Below are positions 62,501-64,000 of a stretch of DNA of 64,000 bases, one piece after another. Made by a program: the position numbers and the translations under genes. How positions within the stretch are numbered: position 1 is the first letter of the stretch; each line of letters opens with the position of its first letter. Under the pieces are notes generated by a model. It was not told the origin of the DNA. It made no database searches and saw nothing but the letters and a program-made list of their open reading frames with translations. The DNA is from Gekko japonicus (taxonomy: Eukaryota), in NCBI RefSeq assembly GCF_001447785.1, contig NW_015160230.1, forward strand, positions 256,700 through 320,699, read 5' to 3'.

Positions 62501-62806
62501 AAGGCTCAAACCCCACCCCTCTCACACACAGTCCTAGTGTGATTCAGGTCCCACATGCCTGGAATGTTTGTGCTCCATATACAGAACCCCTCATGTACTG
62601 TGTAGTTAGGGCCTTGGGGATCCTGAATGGAGTTACTAGGGACCCATGTTTCCCCTTCTCCCTGCTGATACCTCTGTATGGAACCTTCTGTAGGACTTGC
62701 TGTGGGCCTGGACCCTGAAGGCTACGGGAACCCAGACTTCTGTTGGCTCTCCATCTATGATACTCTGATCTGGAGCTTCGCTGGACCCATTGTTTTTGCT
62801 GTTGCG
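11377..62806 (+). CDS. CELSR2: CELSR2 (cadherin EGF LAG seven-pass G-type receptor 2), partial: 24 exons, 5' and 3' ends outside the window
   Basis: 24 GT-AG exons with compatible phases sum to 3668 nt in one frame. Domain order is EGF-LamG-EGF-LamG-EGF-LamEGF-HRM-GAIN-7TM. Peptides match remembered CELSR2 ([86 protein letters not shown]). The GPS HMT favours CELSR2 over CELSR1/3. Confidence 0.95.
13843..13940 (+). mobile_element. CR1 3' fragment
   Basis: gccacgagcatagatggatttaaaaggggattagac...ggctactagcc, equivalent to the reverse complement of 52395-52470. Confidence 0.6.
14278..14747. other. Assembly gap (other gaps: 7541-7567, 11841-11985, 12787-12797)
   Basis: N runs. Confidence 0.99.
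14748..14870. repeat. (CTTT/CCTT)n pyrimidine microsatellite next to an assembly gap
   Basis: Seen directly. Confidence 0.9.
14990..15095 (-). mobile_element. Terminus of a hAT MITE (family of 30328-30794); other end lost in the gap
   Basis: Ends ...ctctttttctatgaaatgacccctg, the reverse complement of the 30328 start caggggtcatttcatagaaaaagag. Confidence 0.7.
15814..15848. repeat. (TG)n microsatellite
   Basis: Seen directly. Confidence 0.9.
16150..16600 (-). mobile_element. MIR/Squam3-like SINE interrupted by a hAT MITE (16307-16525)
   Basis: SINE core gactggcccaagg|tcacccagcaagc is split by TAGGGTTGCCAG...TAGTAACCCTA with TSD GCCCAAGG/ACCCATGG. Confidence 0.75.
16697..16917 (-). mobile_element. 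5S rRNA-derived SINE (SINE3 type)
   Basis: Minus strand gcccgatctcatcagatctcagaaactaagcagggccgaccctggtaagtacttggatggaagacc matches the 5S internal promoter (box A, box C); non-5S body and (CA)n tail. Confidence 0.85.
17308..17810 (+). mobile_element. CR1 3' end (same family as 205-1675)
   Basis: Aligns with 1192-1660 and continues into the 3' UTR. Confidence 0.85.
18643..18860 (+). mobile_element. hAT MITE (TAGGGTTG...GGCAACCCTA)
   Basis: TIRs seen; TSD GTTTCAGA/GTTTTAGA. Confidence 0.85.
18955..19350 (+). mobile_element. Composite non-autonomous hAT element with an internal extra terminus
   Basis: CAGGGCT...AGCCCTG ends; perfect TSD GACCTGGG; internal terminus at 19137; strand is arbitrary and opposite to 34121-34508. 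Confidence 0.88.
19532..20636 (+). mobile_element. RTE-BovB LINE, internally deleted (5' region joined to RT 3' end)
   Basis: [18 protein letters not shown]...KTKIMASGP and KLKYFGH...RWLD; (CAA)n tail; 11-bp TSD AGGGTGCTTTC (19521-19531, 20637-20647). Confidence 0.92.
21829..22041. repeat. Tandem duplication, 107-bp period, 2 copies
   Basis: 21829-21934 and 21936-22041 differ at about 3 positions. Confidence 0.9.
22978..23093 (+). CDS. CELSR2: CELSR2 exon (~4): laminin G 1
   Basis: ggcag|G TTT GCC...TCA GCA G|gtatgg; [38 protein letters not shown]; 116 nt. Confidence 0.95.
23316..23353. repeat. (GAT)n microsatellite in the short intron between exons 4 and 5
   Basis: Seen directly. Confidence 0.9.
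23405..23493 (+). CDS. CELSR2: CELSR2 exon (~5): laminin G 1
   Basis: ctcag|GA GAA TCA...AAC AAG|gtaaga; [29 protein letters not shown]; 89 nt; not in the ORF track. Confidence 0.93.
28451..29829. mobile_element. hAT (Charlie-like) non-autonomous element inserted in a SINE and containing a Penelope insertion
   Basis: CAGGGGTGTCAAAC...GTTCGACACCTCTG; TSD GGTTAGAG/GGTTAGTG; host SINE head at ~28428-28450 and body ~29838-29975; internal ~49-bp tandem repeat at 28828-28970. Confidence 0.82.
29088..29710 (-). mobile_element. Penelope-like retroelement fragment (GIY-YIG C-terminus, tandem pseudo-LTRs, inverted piece)
   Basis: Minus strand encodes [40 protein letters not shown]; repeated terminal segment at 29088-29190 and 29460-29560, each with a hammerhead core; inverted copy ~29585-29710. 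Confidence 0.78.
30328..30794 (+). mobile_element. CpG-rich non-autonomous hAT element
   Basis: TIRs CAGGGGTCATTTC / GAAATGACCTCTG; perfect TSD GATGTTGT. Confidence 0.88.
31243..33910 (-). mobile_element. RTE-BovB LINE (APE endonuclease and RT), decayed, 5'-truncated
   Basis: [65 protein letters not shown]; (TTG)n tail near 31243-31255. Confidence 0.93.
31373..31564. mobile_element. hAT MITE (family of 28451-29829) nested in BovB
   Basis: TIRs CAGGGGTGTCGAACTCA / TGAGTTTGACACCCCTG (16/17); no clear TSD. Confidence 0.8.
34121..34508 (-). mobile_element. Composite hAT element, second copy of 18955-19350 in opposite orientation
   Basis: Perfect TSD TGTTAAAC; internal terminus near 34325. Confidence 0.88.
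34770..34908 (-). mobile_element. 5S rRNA-derived SINE, older copy
   Basis: ccatccaagtatcaaccagggctgatcctgcttagcttccaagatctg matches 16833-16880. Confidence 0.75.
35330..35488. mobile_element. Short hAT MITE (TAGAGTTGCC...AGCAACCCTA)
   Basis: TSD GTCCTTTC/CTCCTTTC. Confidence 0.7.
37585..37742 (+). CDS. CELSR2: CELSR2 exon (~6): laminin G 1
   Basis: cacag|GCT ATC...AAG AA|gtaaga; [52 protein letters not shown]; 158 nt. Confidence 0.93.
38554..39764 (-). mobile_element. Non-LTR retrotransposon 3' end, RTE-X-like, 5'-truncated
   Basis: Minus strand [17 protein letters not shown]...[10 protein letters not shown]...LRLETG and RRAFTLAR...CAC...[13 protein letters not shown] zinc knuckle; (TAAA)n tail; 12-bp TSD CACCTGCAGGTA (38542-38553, 39765-39776). 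Confidence 0.8.
39907..40070 (+). CDS. CELSR2: CELSR2 exon (~7): end of laminin G 1
   Basis: cccag|G TCC CTG GAT...CCT G|gtatgg; [33 protein letters not shown]...ANNGTVP; 164 nt. Confidence 0.95.
40213..40338 (+). CDS. CELSR2: CELSR2 exon (~8): EGF-like domain
   Basis: ttctag|GC TGT...CAA G|gtaaag; [41 protein letters not shown]; 126 nt. Confidence 0.95.
41551..41717 (+). CDS. CELSR2: CELSR2 exon (~9): laminin G 2
   Basis: atgaag|AA ATG GCT...CTG CTG|gtaagt; [12 protein letters not shown]...[13 protein letters not shown]...STITLL; 167 nt. Confidence 0.9.
42009..42194 (+). CDS. CELSR2: CELSR2 exon (~10): laminin G 2
   Basis: tcacag|TTA AAC...CAT CAG|gtatgg; LNEGNVLM...[13 protein letters not shown]...FDYGVHQ; 186 nt. 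Confidence 0.92.
42596..42944. mobile_element. Older hAT/Charlie-like MITE
   Basis: CAGGGGTCCCCAAC start, AAGGTTGGCGAACCTG end; TSD degenerate. Confidence 0.6.
43017..43130 (+). CDS. CELSR2: CELSR2 exon (~11): laminin G 2
   Basis: ctccag|GTG GTG...ATG CAG|gtaaag; [21 protein letters not shown]...GFRGCMQ; 114 nt. Confidence 0.92.
44605..44779 (+). CDS. CELSR2: CELSR2 exon (~12): end of laminin G 2 and EGF-like domain
   Basis: cctag|GGT GTA CGA...CCA G|gtcagt; GVRMGET...[32 protein letters not shown]; 175 nt. Confidence 0.94.
45150..45794 (+). mobile_element. AT-rich insertion with ~100-bp inverted arms, probably Penelope-like
   Basis: 16-bp TSD CTTAAATAATGACTAA (45134-45149, 45795-45810); arms 45150-45250 and 45661-45761; degenerate CTGATGA...GAGAC at 45378-45400. 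Confidence 0.7.
46075..47553 (+). mobile_element. L2 LINE, 5'-truncated (RT and 3' UTR)
   Basis: [60 protein letters not shown]; (TAAA)n tail. Confidence 0.92.
47901..48042 (+). CDS. CELSR2: CELSR2 exon (~13): EGF-like domain
   Basis: ttcag|GT TAC TAT...AAC AA|gtgagt; [46 protein letters not shown]; 142 nt. Confidence 0.94.
48895..49015 (+). CDS. CELSR2: CELSR2 exon (~14): EGF/laminin-EGF region
   Basis: ggcag|G CTT GCT...TGC AAG|gtgggc; [40 protein letters not shown]; 121 nt. Confidence 0.94.
50080..50263 (+). CDS. CELSR2: CELSR2 exon (~15): laminin EGF-like domain
   Basis: ttcag|GAG AAC CAC...GAA G|gtcagt; ENHYQP...[14 protein letters not shown]...[26 protein letters not shown]; 184 nt. 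Confidence 0.95.
50850..50951 (+). CDS. CELSR2: CELSR2 exon (~16): hormone-receptor domain
   Basis: tgcag|TG AAT TAT...GTT G|gtaatg; [33 protein letters not shown]; 102 nt. Confidence 0.95.
51071..51742 (-). mobile_element. Candidate solo LTR
   Basis: TGTGACACTC...GATTGTCACA terminal inverted repeat (9/10); flanks CAGAA/CAGAC; minus-strand AATAAA near 51372. Confidence 0.6.
51980..52074 (+). CDS. CELSR2: CELSR2 exon (~17): hormone-receptor domain
   Basis: tacag|GG ACT GCT...GGT TTT|gtgagt; [31 protein letters not shown]; 95 nt. Confidence 0.94.
52180..52880 (-). mobile_element. CR1 LINE 3' end
   Basis: [46 protein letters not shown]; (TTCTTATG)-type tail. Confidence 0.9.
53917..54126 (+). 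CDS. CELSR2: CELSR2 exon (~18): GAIN domain
   Basis: gagtag|GCA GAA CGG...ACT GAG|gtaaac; AERLLRNES...FGSDIKVAY...[14 protein letters not shown]; 210 nt. Confidence 0.93.
55115..55298 (+). CDS. CELSR2: CELSR2 exon (~19): GAIN domain
   Basis: tacag|AAC CTG...ATT G|gtgaga; [11 protein letters not shown]...[13 protein letters not shown]...[12 protein letters not shown]; 184 nt. Confidence 0.95.
55947..56090 (+). CDS. CELSR2: CELSR2 exon (~20): GAIN domain
   Basis: ggcag|TC ATC TCT...AAA C|gtaagt; [47 protein letters not shown]; 144 nt. Confidence 0.93.
56640..56944 (-). mobile_element. MIR/Squam3-like tRNA-derived SINE with a repeated 5' head
   Basis: Minus strand box A TGGTGTAGTGG, box B GGTTTGATTCC, (TTC)n tail. 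Confidence 0.82.
57012..57765 (-). mobile_element. L2 3' end interrupted by a Sauria SINE
   Basis: (TTTA)n tail at 57012; 57680-57765 is the reverse complement of L2 47210-47290. Confidence 0.7.
57161..57513 (+). mobile_element. Sauria SINE, full length
   Basis: tRNA-like head (gtggctcaagtggttaag...gttcaagacc), BovB-related 3' end, (ACCTTT)n tail, 12-bp TSD TACAACTAATAT. Confidence 0.9.
58297..58648 (-). mobile_element. hAT MITE related to 34121-34508
   Basis: CAGGGCTTTTTTTG...AAAAATACCCCTG; TSD GTGAGCTC/ATGAGCTC. Confidence 0.85.
58971..59063. repeat. (GA/GGGAGA)n purine microsatellite
   Basis: Seen directly. Confidence 0.9.
59918..60101 (+). CDS. CELSR2: CELSR2 exon (~21): GAIN domain (acceptor could alternatively be 59867)
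   Basis: ttccag|AA CCT ACT...TTG AG|gtaaca; ...[38 protein letters not shown]; 184 nt. Confidence 0.88.
60545..60712 (+). CDS. CELSR2: CELSR2 exon (~22): GAIN domain
   Basis: cacag|G GTC CCC...ATC CT|gtgagt; [14 protein letters not shown]...[23 protein letters not shown]; 168 nt. Confidence 0.95.
60831..60957 (+). CDS. CELSR2: CELSR2 exon (~23): GPS motif and tethered-agonist strand
   Basis: ccccag|A GTC AGT...AGA GAG|gtgagg; [42 protein letters not shown]; 127 nt. Confidence 0.96.
61113..61313 (+). CDS. CELSR2: CELSR2 exon (~24): TM1-TM2
   Basis: cccag|AAT GGT GAG...CTA CCA|gtgagc; [12 protein letters not shown]...[12 protein letters not shown]...[10 protein letters not shown]; 201 nt. 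Confidence 0.95.
61741..61915 (+). CDS. CELSR2: CELSR2 exon (~25): TM3-TM4
   Basis: gccag|TTT GCC TGC...ACA G|gtaggc; [32 protein letters not shown]...[18 protein letters not shown]; 175 nt. Confidence 0.95.
62288..62552. mobile_element. Old palindromic MITE
   Basis: Imperfect inverted arms (e.g. ctatttgcctcactgtgaaa / tttcacagaggggcaaatag); a similar decayed palindrome lies at ~17850-18020. Confidence 0.5.
62694..62806 (+). CDS. CELSR2: CELSR2 exon (~26): ECL2 and start of TM5
   Basis: tgtag|GA CTT GCT...GTT GCG|gtgggt; [37 protein letters not shown]; 113 nt. Confidence 0.94.
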
Positions 62807-64000
62807 GTGGGTAGAAAAATATGGGACTGCAGGAGAGCTGGGCTGACCTGTGGGAGGGAGACATGAGAGCACCAAGACACAAAAGTAGGCTGAATGTAGG
62901 GGGGCCATCATATGTTTGCATTGAGTCCTTGGCTTTCATCTGGTAAAATCTGTAAATGAAGCCCAGAAAAGGAAGACTCCCTGACAGTCACTAGAGTAGG
63001 TGGGCATGGTAACCCCAAACTCTTTCATTCCATGCTTCTTTTTCTCTCTTACCAATAACTTCCTATGCATGCAAAGACTGGCCAGTTGAGTAATTCACTC
63101 TCCCCATCAGCCTTCTCTTGGAAATGCTTGGAGAAGAAAAGAGTCATGTGAACTCATCCACCTTCTTGAAACCCTTTCCCTCCTTTTCAAAAGAAACCTC
63201 CAGAGTTTTCCCAGCATCATAACTCAGGAAGAGAATTGGTTAGGGGCATGCGTTCAAATATTTCTGGTCCAAATATATATTTTAAAAACCCTTCTTGGTA
63301 TTTTTTGGATCTATCTGAATATCTGGAGCAATATTGGGGATTTTTGGAATACCGGTAATTGGGTCCTGAATATTTTCAGAAGTATCCAGGAATATCTGTG
63401 GCTGGCATTTTAAACACTCCCAGGCCTGTTTTTCTGCCGTTTAACAGGTTTCTTGAGCAATGGAAGGGAGGGGGAGGGAGGTAGCTCTCCCAAGCAATGG
63501 GGTCAGACATTACAGTGAGCACTAGAACTGTCTGTCCAATCATGACAATTCTTTCACAATCCTCCAGGGCAAAGCAGTTTGACTTGGTTTCAGGGCTAGG
63601 TGTTTTGGAGTACTGGTGGTGCTTGCTTCTGCTGCTCTGGTTTGGTCTGTGCTTTGAATTTCTGCTGCTGCCTGCCTGGGAAGACCTTTTTCTTGTTCTG
63701 TGCCTGGACATCTTCAGGACTGGTTTCTCCACAGTGGACTTTGTTTTAAAATATCATTTCAAGTTAGTTGGGGGAGTAACTTCCTGATTCTAGAACATAG
63801 TTTTCCTTGGTGTTGTTTTACACTGTTTTTTAAAGGGTGTTAAAAGGCTTGTGGTATAAAATGCTTGCACTGTTTTGTTGGGTTCTCTTTTCTTGACTTG
63901 TTTTAGAATTTTAACTACTTTGCATTTTCTCTGTTTATAGAAGGTTTTTAATTTTTAAAGGGTTGGTGCTGGGGGGATTTTCCCAGTTGATTTCTTTGGT

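Overview
Vertebrate genomic DNA, most likely a squamate reptile and probably a gecko, judged from the repeat set (Sauria SINE, Squam3/MIR-like SINEs, BovB, CR1, L2, RTE-X, Penelope). It is a short-read-type assembly with four N gaps. The window holds the middle of one + strand gene, CELSR2 (Flamingo-family adhesion GPCR). I traced 24 GT-AG exons from 11377 to 62806 (3668 nt, one open frame, about 1222 codons) encoding EGF - LamG1 - EGF - LamG2 - EGF/laminin-EGF - hormone-receptor domain - GAIN/GPS (HM|TSFAVLM) - TM1 to the start of TM5. The cadherin-repeat exons lie upstream and the last exons downstream of the window. Exon numbers 3-26 are assigned by analogy with mammalian CELSR2. The rest is intronic and rich in transposons, many with readable TSDs. 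The most notable non-obvious signals are: (1) a near-intact minimal type I hammerhead ribozyme on the sense strand at 3515-3556, plus four decayed hammerhead cores in Penelope-like elements; (2) nested inverted repeat pairs (hAT MITE and BovB) bracketing exons 4-5, which predicts back-splicing or skipping; (3) a composite hAT MITE family carrying repeated octamer-variant and KLF motifs; (4) a 285-bp foldback MITE; (5) an in-frame alternative acceptor and a furin-type motif in the GAIN loop. There is no prokaryotic system or CRISPR array, and I found no convincing wholly new protein-coding system. No database searches were run.
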